Shown: piece by piece, positions 30,253 through 40,115 of the stretch
How positions within the stretch are numbered: the stretch's first letter is position 1
How the letters are laid out: every line of letters begins with the position of its first letter
Origin: Acutalibacteraceae bacterium
GTDB taxonomy: Bacteria; Bacillota; Clostridia; Oscillospirales; Acutalibacteraceae
Length of the DNA: 64,000 bases
Assembly (NCBI GenBank): GCA_045539875.1
Contig: JAZQGF010000005.1
Span: 46,341 to 110,340, forward strand
Direction of reading: 5' to 3'
Position numbers and translations under genes: made by a program
Notes under the pieces: model-generated
Seen by the model: only the letters and a program-made list of their open reading frames with translations
The model's database searches: none
Told to the model about the DNA's origin: nothing

Positions 30253-31908
30253 TTATTTCCATGAAGATTTGAGGTCAACCGTTCTGTTGAAAACAAGCTT
30301 TTCATCGGTTGAAGTTTTATCAACGCAGAAATAGCCCTGTCTCATAAACTGGAAGGTATCGCCGCGTTTTGCATTGCCGATTCCGCCCTCAACAAGGCAA
30401 CCTTCAAGAATTTCAAGCGAAGCGGGGTTGAGATGAGTGAGATAGTTTTCTTTACCGTCTGCCATGGGGTTTTCGGCATTGAAAAGACGGTCATAAAGAC
30501 GGATTTCACAAGGAACACTGTCGTTACCGCTGACCCAGTGAATTGTGCCCTTAACCTTTCTGCCGTCGGGAGCTTCGCCGCCCTTGGTTTCGGGGTCATA
30601 GGTGCAGTGGAGGCAGGTGATTTCTCCGTTTTCATCGGTTTCCCAGCTGTTGCAGGTTACGAGATATGCGCTCTTGAGACGAACCTCGTTTCCGGGGAAG
30701 AGTCTGAAATATTTTTTCGGAGGCTCAACCATAAAGTCGTCACGCTCAACGAAAATTTCTCTTGAAAAATGAACGGTTCTTGTGCCGAGTTCGGGCTTGA
30801 GAGGATTGATTTCAACCTCAATTGCCTCTGTCTGACCTTCGGGATAGTTGTCGATAATAACTTTAAGAGGACGGAGAACAGCCATTGCTCTGGGAGCGTT
30901 CTCATTAAGATTATCTCTTACACAGGCTTCAAGCAGACCGTAATCAACAACGCTGTCTGCCTTTGAAACGCCGATGCGGTTTATGAATTCACGCACCGCA
31001 GCTGCAGGATATCCTCTTCTTCTCATACCGCTGAGAGTAATCATTCTGGGGTCATCCCAACCGTCAACGGTTCCATTCTGCACCATTGCAAGATTGTATC
31101 TCTTGCTGGTTACGCAGTAGTTGAGGTTAAGTCGAGCAAACTCAATCTGTCTGGGGGGCTCTTCAAAGCCGATTTCGTTGATAAACCAGTCATAAAGAGG
31201 TCTGTGATTTTCAAATTCAAGAGAGCAGAGTGAATAGGTTACGCCTTCCCTTGCATCCGAAAGAGGGTGAGCAAAGTCATACATGGGATATACGCACCAC
31301 TTATCGCCCGTCTGATGGTGAGTAACATGAGCAATTCTGTAGATAACAGGGTCACGCATATTGATGTTGGGCGATGACATATCAATCTTCGCACGCAGAG
31401 TTCTTTCGCCGTCTGCAAATTCACCTACCGTCATTCTTGCGAAAAGGTCAAGGTTTTCTTCAACCGAACGGTCTCTGTAGGGGCTGTTTTTGCCGGGCTC
31501 GGTGAGAGTGCCTCTGTATTCTCTGATTTCATCAGCAGAAAGGTCGCATACATATGCCTTGCCCTTCTTGATGAGCTTGATTGCGCATTCATAGATGAAA
31601 TCAAAATAGCTTGATGCATAAAGAACCTTGTTCCACTTGAAGCCAAGCCATTCGATATCCTCTTTTATCGCATCAACATATTCAACATCCTCTTTTGATG
31701 GGTTGGTATCGTCAAGACGGAGGTTGCATTCGCCGCCGTATTTCTCCGCTGTGCTGAAGTCAATGCAGATAGCCTTTGCATGACCGATGTGAAGATAGCC
31801 GTTGGGCTCGGGCGGGAAACGGGTCTGAACACGGGTGTTGACACCGGCAGCAAGGTCCTCATCAATAAAGTCATATATAAAATTTGAGGTGGTTTTAATT
31901 TCGTCCAT
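30253..31908 (-). CDS. glnS: Glutamine-tRNA ligase
   Basis: [42 protein letters not shown]. Confidence 0.97.
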   Translation of the reverse strand: MDEIKTTSNFIYDFIDEDLAAGVNTRVQTRFPPEPNGYLHIGHAKAICIDFSTAEKYGGECNLRLDDTNPSKEDVEYVDAIKEDIEWLGFKWNKVLYASSYFDFIYECAIKLIKKGKAYVCDLSADEIREYRGTLTEPGKNSPYRDRSVEENLDLFARMTVGEFADGERTLRAKIDMSSPNINMRDPVIYRIAHVTHHQTGDKWCVYPMYDFAHPLSDAREGVTYSLCSLEFENHRPLYDWFINEIGFEEPPRQIEFARLNLNYCVTSKRYNLAMVQNGTVDGWDDPRMITLSGMRRRGYPAAAVREFINRIGVSKADSVVDYGLLEACVRDNLNENAPRAMAVLRPLKVIIDNYPEGQTEAIEVEINPLKPELGTRTVHFSREIFVERDDFMVEPPKKYFRLFPGNEVRLKSAYLVTCNSWETDENGEITCLHCTYDPETKGGEAPDGRKVKGTIHWVSGNDSVPCEIRLYDRLFNAENPMADGKENYLTHLNPASLEILEGCLVEGGIGNAKRGDTFQFMRQGYFCVDKTSTDEKLVFNRTVDLKSSWK

Positions 31909-31923
31909 GGTGGGTACTTCCTT

Positions 31924-33585
31924 TCAGTTTAAGCTTTCAAGTGTCTTTGTAAGTCTTGCCTTGATTTCATCTTCGCCGAGAAGATTCATTATTGAATAAA
32001 GGTCGGGAGTATTCTTTCTTGAGGTGAGGGCGATTCGGATAACGGTTGAAACATCGCCGACATGGCCCTTGAATGCCTCGGGATTCTTCTTATATTCCTT
32101 AACATTCGGAGTGAAGCCGAGAGGCTCGCACATATCCTTGATTCTTGCAAACCATTGGTCCTTATCGTCTGCAAGCGAGAATTCGCCGAGATATTTTTCG
32201 ATTATCGCCGCCGCGTCATCCTTTGAGATGTTTTCGGGCATGGTGTAATCGGGAGCATAAATCTCATTATAAAGATAAGAGAAATATTCCTTAACCTCGC
32301 TCCATTTTGCAATGTCTTTTCTGGGCTTGGGATTCTCTCTGTCAATGTTGACGGCAGCTGTTGAGAATTCGGGGTCTGCCGTAAAGAGATTATAAAACTC
32401 AGGGTCATAGACCTTTGCCCATTCGGCAATATTATCGTAAACCTGCTGAGCATTCATAACCGAGATAACATTCTTGCTGACATCGTTGAGCTTTACGAGG
32501 TCAAAAAGGCAGCCGCTGGAGCTCATCTTTTTGAGGTTGAAGGGGAATTTTGAGATATCCTCCTTCGGATTTGCTCTGCGCCAGTCCTCAAAGTTGGAGT
32601 TAAGAAGAGTGAGAAGATATTCAAGCACGCTCTCCTTCGGGAAGCCCTGCTCAAAGAAATAGCTGACTGCCGCTTCGGGATCTTTTCTCTTTGAAAGCTT
32701 GCGCTTGTCGCCTGTTTCTTCATCTATTTTGAGAACCTGCGGAGTATGCGCAAACTTCGGTAGCTTATAGCCGCAAACTCTGAAAAGCTCGATATGCTTG
32801 GGAACGGATGAAATCCATTCCTCGCCGCGGATAACATGAGTTGTTCTCATGTAGTGGTCATCGCAGGCGTGGGCGAAATGATATGTGGGAATTCCGTCGG
32901 ATTTGAGAAGAACCTCGTCAATTATGTTTTCGGGCATCTCGATTTTGCCTCTGATAACATCCTCGAAAACGATTTTTTTATCTTCGCTGCCGCCTGAACG
33001 CAGACGGAGCACCCAGGGCTTGCCGTCGGCTATATTCTTTTCGATTTCTTCATAAGAAAGATTGCGACATTTTGCCCATTTTCCGAAATAACCCCAGATA
33101 AGAGCGTCGCCCTGTTCCTGCTCCTTGCGAAGCTCGGAAAGCTCGTCCGCCGTGCAGAAGCAGGGATAAGCAACTCCCTTTTCAACAAGACTCTTTGCAA
33201 CAGTCTGATAAATCTCGGCACGCTTGCTCTGAGTGTAAGGTCCGTATGCGCCCTTTTCGGTTCCGAAGCCTGTTACGCCTTCGGTAAATTCAACGCCGAA
33301 ATAATCAAAGCCGTTGACGATTGCGGAAACGCCGTCATCAATTTCACGCTTTTTATCTGTATCCTCAATTCTGAGGAAGGAAACGCCGTTTGTTGTTTGA
33401 GCAGTCAGCACATCAACAAGAGCGCTGAAAAGTCCGCCGATATGGAGATAGCCTGTGGGCGACGGAGCAAATCTCGCTACTCTTGCACCTTCGGGGAGTC
33501 CTCTTTCGGGATAAATCTCCTCATAATAATCAGGAGTTTTGTCGATGTGAGGAAAAAGAAGCTCCGCTAATTTTTTATTATCCAA
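31924..33585 (-). CDS. gltX: Glutamate-tRNA ligase
   Basis: RFAPSPTGYLHIG, LRIEDTD, KLSKR; probable TTG start after GAGGTG. Confidence 0.95.
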   Translation of the reverse strand: MDNKKLAELLFPHIDKTPDYYEEIYPERGLPEGARVARFAPSPTGYLHIGGLFSALVDVLTAQTTNGVSFLRIEDTDKKREIDDGVSAIVNGFDYFGVEFTEGVTGFGTEKGAYGPYTQSKRAEIYQTVAKSLVEKGVAYPCFCTADELSELRKEQEQGDALIWGYFGKWAKCRNLSYEEIEKNIADGKPWVLRLRSGGSEDKKIVFEDVIRGKIEMPENIIDEVLLKSDGIPTYHFAHACDDHYMRTTHVIRGEEWISSVPKHIELFRVCGYKLPKFAHTPQVLKIDEETGDKRKLSKRKDPEAAVSYFFEQGFPKESVLEYLLTLLNSNFEDWRRANPKEDISKFPFNLKKMSSSGCLFDLVKLNDVSKNVISVMNAQQVYDNIAEWAKVYDPEFYNLFTADPEFSTAAVNIDRENPKPRKDIAKWSEVKEYFSYLYNEIYAPDYTMPENISKDDAAAIIEKYLGEFSLADDKDQWFARIKDMCEPLGFTPNVKEYKKNPEAFKGHVGDVSTVIRIALTSRKNTPDLYSIMNLLGEDEIKARLTKTLESLN

Positions 33586-33759
33586 GATATACACCTCTGT
33601 TAAAAATAATTATACCCTATTATTATTGCAGAAAATCTCTCAACTATCAAGATATATTTTTAATTTTTTCATTTTATATTGCCGTTTTTTTCAATTTTAT
33701 CTTCCGATTGGAATAATAATCTCACGAAGTGACAAAAATAAGGGTGAAAATTTACTGAA

Positions 33760-33890
33760 TGAAAAATCAAAAATGAATAATGAATAATTTCGGATAGGCT
33801 CTGCCTATGACCGATTTTAACGGACGCCCAATGGGCATTCCGTCAGCGTCGCAGACCCTTAATTCTTCACTTTTCATTCTTCATTTTTCA
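33760..33890. repeat. Intergenic element B with 7-bp-periodic inverted arms
   Basis: TGAAAAA TCAAAAA TGAATAA TGAATAA ... TTCTTCA CTTTTCA TTCTTCA TTTTTCA; internal GGATAGGCTCTGCCTATGACCGA. Confidence 0.75.
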
Positions 33891-33909
33891 TTTGAAAAGA
33901 GGTTTTATT

Positions 33910-34596
33910 ATGAAAAAGAAGCTCAGGCAGTATCCCAACATCTACCTCGCGCTTTTCGTTTGCCTGATTGCGGTGGGAATAGGCTCGGTTGTGGGTCTGA
34001 CCAACATGAATTCCGATGATGAAACATCCGATTTCAGCCGCATCACTGTGCAATGGAGCATCGAAGACGAGCACCCTCAGACGGATGAAGCAAACATCGG
34101 CATCAGCGGCATTGCAGACGAGCGAATTTATACCGTACCCGAAACAACCGAAGAGATTGAGGATAACAAGCCCTTCTCGGGCAATTTTGCCCTGCCCATG
34201 GGCACGGATATCATCAAGGATTTCAGCAACGGTGAAATGGTGCAGTCAAAAACCATGGGCGACTGGAGAGTGCATAACGGCGTTGACTTCGGCGGCAGTG
34301 CAGGAAATGAGGTTGTTGCGGTTGGCAACGGCAAAATCACCTCTGTCTATGATGACAGCTTCTGGGGTACGGTTGTTGAGATTGACCACGGCAACGGCAT
34401 GACTGCCCGATACTGCGGTCTTAAAAGCGGAAGCTGCCTGCCCGAAGGCAGTGAGGTTAAAAAATACGATAAAATCGGCTCGCTCGGGCATATTCCCATC
34501 GAAATCAGCGACGAAGACCATCTGCATCTTGAAATTCTCATCGACGGCGAAAATGTTGACCCGTTGAAGGCTTTGAATAAGGTCGGGGGAAATTAA
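33910..34596 (+). CDS. M23 family peptidase with N-terminal transmembrane segment (SpoIIQ-like)
   Basis: HNGVD and HLHLE M23 motifs. Confidence 0.85.
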   Translation: MKKKLRQYPNIYLALFVCLIAVGIGSVVGLTNMNSDDETSDFSRITVQWSIEDEHPQTDEANIGISGIADERIYTVPETTEEIEDNKPFSGNFALPMGTDIIKDFSNGEMVQSKTMGDWRVHNGVDFGGSAGNEVVAVGNGKITSVYDDSFWGTVVEIDHGNGMTARYCGLKSGSCLPEGSEVKKYDKIGSLGHIPIEISDEDHLHLEILIDGENVDPLKALNKVGGN

Positions 34597-34754
34597 TTCG
34601 TAATCAGTAATGCGGAATTAAAGGACGGACTTTGCCTATGACCGATTATTATGAAACAACAAGGTTCACGAGCACATAGTGTGAGTGGTTCTTATAATGG
34701 GTATGGGTGAAACCCGTCCTTAATTACGAATTCATAATTACGCATTACGAATTA
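34594..34754. repeat. Intergenic element C with 7-bp-periodic inverted arms
   Basis: TAATTCG TAATCAG TAATGCG ... CGCATTA CGAATTA; internal GCCTATGACCGA and ATGGGTGAAACCCGT. Confidence 0.7.
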
Positions 34755-34929
34755 ATCTATGATTATGGCGGCCGCCATGCGTCACCCGGCTCCCCACGGG
34801 CATATTATGCCACCGCTGACGGCAGCCGCCTTGTTTTTGAGAGCAAAAACACCCTCAATCCATTCTATGCCGATATAAAAAATCGGGCATAAAATAAATT
34901 TAAAAAAGGGCTTTACTTTTTGATTTTGT

Positions 34930-35046
34930 TGTGATATAATCCCATTTGCACATGCCCGTTTCTCGGGTTGCGGAGTAAACCTCAGCGAGGTATTCACCTG
35001 CCGCATTCTGGGTTCCGAGGCAAATATTTAAATGAGGTGAAAGAAA
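34930..35046 (+). promoter_or_regulatory. rpsO promoter and structured leader (probable S15 autoregulatory RNA)
   Basis: TG-a-TATAAT extended -10 ending at 34940; ATTTGC...GCAAAT closes a GC-rich multi-stem just before the GAGGTG RBS. Confidence 0.55.
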
Positions 35047-35310
35047 ATGACACAGGCAGAAAAGAACGCAATCATGCAGGAATATGCTCTTCACGAGGGC
35101 GACACAGGCTCACCCGAAGTTCAGATTGCTGTTCTCACAAAGAGAATCAACGATCTCACTGAGCATCTTAAGGTTCACAAGAAGGATCACCACTCAAGAA
35201 GAGGCCTTCTTATGATGGTTGGTCACAGAAGAAACCTTCTTGCATACCTTCAGAAGGTTGACATTGAGCGTTACCGTTCAATCATTGCAAGACTCGGCAT
35301 TCGTAAATAA
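35047..35310 (+). CDS. rpsO: 30S ribosomal protein S15
   Basis: [20 protein letters not shown]. Confidence 0.99.
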   Translation: MTQAEKNAIMQEYALHEGDTGSPEVQIAVLTKRINDLTEHLKVHKKDHHSRRGLLMMVGHRRNLLAYLQKVDIERYRSIIARLGIRK

Positions 35311-35433
35311 TTTTAACAATAAAGCAGGCAGGAACAAAATATCTTGCCTGCTTTGTGTCGTTTTAAAAGACAGATTAACATGTTAAAATGCTAATCTGTT
35401 AGAGCTTTAAAGCGGCAATAAAAATGCATCTTT

Positions 35434-35652
35434 CAGGCGGCTGATTTCCCCGGTTTTAGCGGTAAATCGAGGGTTTAAATCAAATGAACAATGAAGAGTG
35501 AAAATTGAAAAATGAAGGATAGGCTCCGCCTATGACCGAATATATTTGGGCGTGGGCAACGACACCCGAAATTCTTCATTATTCATTATTAATTTTTTAT
35601 TCAATTAAAGATTAAACTTTGGATTTATTGCTAAACCCAAACCTGCCGCCTG
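35434..35652 (+). promoter_or_regulatory. Long pnp leader stem (RNase III-type substrate)
   Basis: CAGGCGGC..GGTTTTAGCGGTAAATCGAGGGTTTAAATC pairs, with G-U pairs, to GATTAAACTTTGGATTTATTGCTAAACC..GCCGCCTG. Confidence 0.65.
35485..35599. repeat. Intergenic element D with 7-bp-periodic inverted arms
   Basis: TGAACAA TGAAGAG TGAAAAT TGAAAAA TGAAGGA ... TTCTTCA TTATTCA TTATTAA; internal GGATAGGCTCCGCCTATGACCGA. Confidence 0.75.
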
Positions 35653-35687
35653 TGGAAATAAAAAATTTTACAGAGAGGTAAAAAATT

Positions 35688-37889
35688 ATGTTTTTTGAAG
35701 CTTTCAAAAAGTACGAAACAGAAATTGCAGGCAGACCCTTTGTTGTTGAAGTAGGCAAAATGGCTCAGCTTGCAGGCGGTGCATGTCTGGTTCGCTACGG
35801 CGAAACCAATGTGCTCTGCACAGCTACAATGGCTGCAAAACCCAGAGAGGGCGTTGACTTCTTTCCTCTTTCGGTTGACTACGAAGAGAAGCTCTATTCG
35901 GTAGGCCGCATCCCCGGCTCATTCCAGCGCCGCGAAGGCAAGGCAAGCGAAAAGGCAACTCTTGCATCCCGTGTTATCGACAGACCCATCCGTCCTCTTT
36001 TCCCCAAGGATATGAGAAACGATGTTGGCGTTGTTGCAACCGTTATGTCGGTTGACCCCGACTGCCAGCCCGAAATCGCTGCAATGCTCGGCGTTTCAAT
36101 CGCTATCTCAATTTCAGAAATCCCATGGGACGGCCCTGTTTCAAGCGTTGTTGTAGGACTTGTTGACGGTCAGTATGTCATCAACCCCACTCTTGAGCAG
36201 AGAGCAAAGAGCGATATGTATGTTACAGTTGCTTCAACAAGCGAGCTTGTTGCAATGATTGAAGCAGGTGCAAACGAAGTTTCAAACGATGATATGTATG
36301 ACGGCATCATGTTTGCACACAAGGAAAACCAGAGAATCGTTGAGTTCATCAACCAGATCAAGGCTGAATGCGGCAAGGAAAAGGTTGATTTCCCCTCAAA
36401 CGATCCCGACCCCGAAATGTACGAAGCAATCAAGGATTTCGCAATCGAAGATATCCGCTATGCTCTTGATACAGACGATAAGAGAATCCGTGACGAGCGC
36501 CTTAAGCCCGTTTACGAGAAGGTTCACGAGAAGTTCGACGAAATCTATCCCGAAATGGAAGTTAAGATTGAAGAATGCCTCTACAAGGTTCAGAAGTATG
36601 TTGTCCGCCGCTGGCTTCTTGATGACGGCAAGCGCGTTGACGGCAGAGGAATCAACGAAATCCGTCCTCTTAACGCAGAGGTAGACCTTCTTGACAGAGT
36701 TCACGGCTCAGGTATGTTCACCAGAGGTCAGACTCAGGTTCTTTCAATAACAACTCTCGGACCCATGAGCGATGCACAGCTTCTTGACGGTCTTGATGAA
36801 GAAGAAAGCAAGCGCTACATGCACCACTACAACTTCCCCTCATATTCAGTCGGTGAAACAAAGCCCTCAAGAGGTCCCGGCAGAAGAGAAATCGGACACG
36901 GCGCACTTGCAGAGCGTTCACTTATCCCCGTTCTTCCCTCAGTTGAAGAATTCCCCTATACTATCCGTGTTGTTTCCGAAGTTCTTTCATCAAACGGCTC
37001 AACCTCACAGGGCTCAGTTTGCGGTTCAACACTTTCACTTATGGCAGCAGGCGTTCCCATCAAGTCTCCCGTTGCAGGTATTTCATGCGGTCTTATCACC
37101 GAAGGCGACCGCTTTATGACAATGGTTGACATTCAGGGTCTTGAAGACTTCTTCGGCGACATGGACTTCAAGGTTGCAGGTACAAAGAAGGGTATCACAT
37201 CAATCCAGATGGACCTCAAGGTTCACGGTCTTACCCCCGCAATCATCAGAGAAGCTCTCGACAAGACTTACACCGCAAGATGCTATATTCTTGACGAAAT
37301 CATGCTTCCCGTTATCGCAGAACCCAGAGCAGAGCTTTCAAAATGGGCACCCAAGATGCTCACAACAAAGATTGACCCCGAAAAGATCGGCGATGTTATC
37401 GGCAAGCAGGGCAAGGTTATCCAGAAGATCTGCGCTGAATGCAACTGTAAGATTGATGTTCAGGAAGACGGCAACATCTTTGTTTCGTCAACAGATATCG
37501 ACGATGCAAGAAGAGCAATCTCAATCGTTGAAACAATCGCTAACGACCCCGAGGTCGGCGCAATCTATAAGGGCATCGTAACCCGTCTTATGAGCTTCGG
37601 CGCATTTGTTGAAATCGCTCCCGGCAAGGAAGGCATGGTTCACATCAGCCAGCTCGATGTTAAGAGAACAGAGAAGGTTGAAGATGCAGTTACCGTCGGC
37701 GACGAGGTTATCGTTAAGGTTCTTCCCAAGGATGACCAGGGCAGACTCAACTTCTCACGCCGCGAGGCACTCATCGAGGTTGAAGGACTTGTTCCCGAAA
37801 ACACAGTTTCGGATGCTCCCAGAAAGCCCAGAAGAGATTTCAAGGGCGACAGAGGCGGCAGAGCTCCCAGAAGAAATAACGATCAGTAA
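35688..37889 (+). CDS. pnp: Polyribonucleotide nucleotidyltransferase
   Basis: FFPLSVDYEEK, RREIGHG, GDMDFKVAG, KH and S1 domains. Confidence 0.99.
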   Translation: MFFEAFKKYETEIAGRPFVVEVGKMAQLAGGACLVRYGETNVLCTATMAAKPREGVDFFPLSVDYEEKLYSVGRIPGSFQRREGKASEKATLASRVIDRPIRPLFPKDMRNDVGVVATVMSVDPDCQPEIAAMLGVSIAISISEIPWDGPVSSVVVGLVDGQYVINPTLEQRAKSDMYVTVASTSELVAMIEAGANEVSNDDMYDGIMFAHKENQRIVEFINQIKAECGKEKVDFPSNDPDPEMYEAIKDFAIEDIRYALDTDDKRIRDERLKPVYEKVHEKFDEIYPEMEVKIEECLYKVQKYVVRRWLLDDGKRVDGRGINEIRPLNAEVDLLDRVHGSGMFTRGQTQVLSITTLGPMSDAQLLDGLDEEESKRYMHHYNFPSYSVGETKPSRGPGRREIGHGALAERSLIPVLPSVEEFPYTIRVVSEVLSSNGSTSQGSVCGSTLSLMAAGVPIKSPVAGISCGLITEGDRFMTMVDIQGLEDFFGDMDFKVAGTKKGITSIQMDLKVHGLTPAIIREALDKTYTARCYILDEIMLPVIAEPRAELSKWAPKMLTTKIDPEKIGDVIGKQGKVIQKICAECNCKIDVQEDGNIFVSSTDIDDARRAISIVETIANDPEVGAIYKGIVTRLMSFGAFVEIAPGKEGMVHISQLDVKRTEKVEDAVTVGDEVIVKVLPKDDQGRLNFSRREALIEVEGLVPENTVSDAPRKPRRDFKGDRGGRAPRRNNDQ

Positions 37890-37892
37890 TAA

Positions 37893-37924
37893 CAACCCCA
37901 CCGTGGAAATCCGCGGTGGGGTTT
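37893..37924. terminator. Terminator after pnp
   Basis: AACCCCACCGTGGA-aa-TCCGCGGTGGGGTT. Confidence 0.75.
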
Positions 37925-37970
37925 AATCATGAATTGATTTATGTAGGGACGATTACGAATTGCCGTTAAA

Positions 37971-38183
37971 CTATAACCCGAGAATATAATCACAGGTTGT
38001 TCCGTAAAATTTTGCAAGCTTTATTAAAATATCACACGGAATATTCCGGCTGCCGGTTTCGTATTTAGAATATGCGCTGCGGCTGACGGCACAGCCTGTT
38101 TTACAGAGTTCTTTGCAAAGCTTTTCCTGAGTTAAATCTTTGTCTTCTCTCAACGCTTTCAGATTATTTTTCACTTCTGTCAC
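37971..38183 (-). CDS. XRE-family HTH protein
   Basis: LKALRED..TQ..SAYSKYETG..LAKFYG..DYILG. Confidence 0.8.
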   Translation of the reverse strand: MTEVKNNLKALREDKDLTQEKLCKELCKTGCAVSRSAYSKYETGSRNIPCDILIKLAKFYGTTCDYILGL

Positions 38184-38305
38184 TCTTTGCTTTTTTATTT
38201 AATTATAACACCTTGCAATAATATTTACAATATATTTTTAAGTGTAAATTAAGCGTGTATATAACACAGGTGTTTTTTAGTAAAATATACATAGAGGTGA
38301 TTTGT

Positions 38306-38464
38306 TTGTTTAAAGTAGAAAAACCTGAATATATAAATAAAACCTTCAGAATGCCTGCAGAGCTTGTTGCACAGCTTGAATTTTTGGCGCAAAACAAGCA
38401 GATTTCATTAAATCAGCTTGTTGTTCAGTGCTGTAAGTACGCGTTGGAAAATCTTGAAGATTAA
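38306..38464 (+). CDS. Small ribbon-helix-helix / HicB-like DNA-binding protein
   Basis: TTG start after GAGGTG; KTFRMP..L..LA..ISLNQLV. Confidence 0.65.
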   Translation: MFKVEKPEYINKTFRMPAELVAQLEFLAQNKQISLNQLVVQCCKYALENLED

Positions 38465-38546
38465 AAATCACCGTGGATTGATTCCACGGTGATTTTAGTT
38501 TGCAAAAAAGTATTCAAAGTTCCGGCGGCTTGATTATAATTACGAA

Positions 38547-39977
38547 TTAAAAATGTCCTCCTCTGATTGCAACGGTTATTTTATCTCCCTCAAGATAAAC
38601 CCATCCGAGGAATTCAACAACCTTATAAAGCGCTCTGTGGAGCAGCTTGAATATCGAGTTGTCGTTATGGTCGCTGTCGGTCTTTTTGATTGTGAGCGAA
38701 TCAAGCAGCTCGCTGTTGTCGCCTCTTCTGGTTTCAAGCTTCATTGTGTTGCCCTCAAATTCAAGGGTTGAATAAGTTGTAACATCATTCTTGCCGAAGC
38801 TGTAGGCAACATAGGGAAGATTAAGGAATTCATATTCCTCAAAGCTGTTCTGGTCGCAGATAGCATTTGTGTTGAGATAAACCGTGCCGAGAGGGTCGGT
38901 ATAGGTTTCGCCGCTTTCAGCCTTGCCGATTGTCATGCTCTCATACATGAAATGCGAGCGTCCCTGCATATGACTGTGACCCGTGAGAACAAGGTCAACA
39001 TCAAATGTGTCAAAAATCGGGGTAAAAACTGCATTGAGAAGAATCTGAGTTTCTGCGCTGAACGCACATACCGAAGGTCCGAAAAGAGCCTGATGCATGA
39101 CGCCGATACGCCACTTTGCGTCGGGATTCTTTTCAACTGCTTCTTTAGCCATAGCCATATGGTCTGCGGCAGATGCCGAGCATGCATCGAAAACAAGATA
39201 AAGAACATCGCCGTAGCAGAACCAGAAATCTCTGTCAAGTCCTTCAAAATATTCGCCGAAATATTCGTTGGGCATGTTGGTGTAATAGTTATAAGTCATG
39301 CCCTTTTTATCGTGATTGCCGATTGCAAGAGCCATGGGAAGGCTTCTAACCGCCTGAGGCATGAGAAGAGTCTGCCACTCATCGGCAGTTTTGCCCGTTG
39401 AGGTGTTATCGCCGGGCGAAACAAGATAGCTTGCATCGGGGTTTTCTTCAAGCGCTTCAGCAAGAACATTGTTCCATGTGTAGCCGTTCATGGACTGCAC
39501 GGTTGAATCCTCAGTCTGTCCGCCTATCTGAATATCGCCGATAACAAGTGCCTTGTGGTCGCCGAAGGACTTTGTTTCATATTCGCAGATTTCGCTCCAG
39601 CCGTTATCCGAATACCACTGATAGTAATAGGCTGTGTTTTCTTTAAGACCCGTAATATCAACGCGGCACACAACTTGTTCTTCATTTTCGGCTTCGGTCT
39701 TTTCGCCTGTAAAGGTCTTTGCATCTGCCATTGAGTAGCTTTCGGAAATTCTGACCTTTGCATCGGCTTTTTCGGCATCGGCATGCCAGCAAAGACTCAC
39801 TTCGCCCTCTTTTGCGCCGACATTGAGCATGGGAAGAGTGTTTTCATCGCTGAGAGACGCATAAAGCTCGTCCCACTCTGACTGTGTGAGCTTCGGTGCG
39901 TTGAAGCTTGCCGAACCCGAAACGCAGACTGTCAGCATCATCGAGATGCAGAGAATAATTGCAACAGCTTTTTTCAT
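38547..39977 (-). CDS. Secreted metallophosphoesterase (purple acid phosphatase-like, FN3 N-domain)
   Basis: Signal peptide; GD.Q, GDN, GNHD, GHSH motifs. Confidence 0.88.
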   Translation of the reverse strand: MKKAVAIILCISMMLTVCVSGSASFNAPKLTQSEWDELYASLSDENTLPMLNVGAKEGEVSLCWHADAEKADAKVRISESYSMADAKTFTGEKTEAENEEQVVCRVDITGLKENTAYYYQWYSDNGWSEICEYETKSFGDHKALVIGDIQIGGQTEDSTVQSMNGYTWNNVLAEALEENPDASYLVSPGDNTSTGKTADEWQTLLMPQAVRSLPMALAIGNHDKKGMTYNYYTNMPNEYFGEYFEGLDRDFWFCYGDVLYLVFDACSASAADHMAMAKEAVEKNPDAKWRIGVMHQALFGPSVCAFSAETQILLNAVFTPIFDTFDVDLVLTGHSHMQGRSHFMYESMTIGKAESGETYTDPLGTVYLNTNAICDQNSFEEYEFLNLPYVAYSFGKNDVTTYSTLEFEGNTMKLETRRGDNSELLDSLTIKKTDSDHNDNSIFKLLHRALYKVVEFLGWVYLEGDKITVAIRGGHF

Positions 39978-40115
39978 TTTTTTGCCTCCTGAAATCAAAT
40001 TAATGTCCGTTTTTTCGTACAGAAAATAATGTAATATTATCTCAAGCAAAAAACAGACAATCTACCTGAAAATTATAACAGGTAAATTGTCTGTCTGCAA
40101 TATTAATTTGAAAAT

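Noticed and set aside
22322-35599. Heptamer elements as a CRISPR array
   Set aside because: They are dispersed and degenerate, with no repeat-spacer periodicity and no cas genes.
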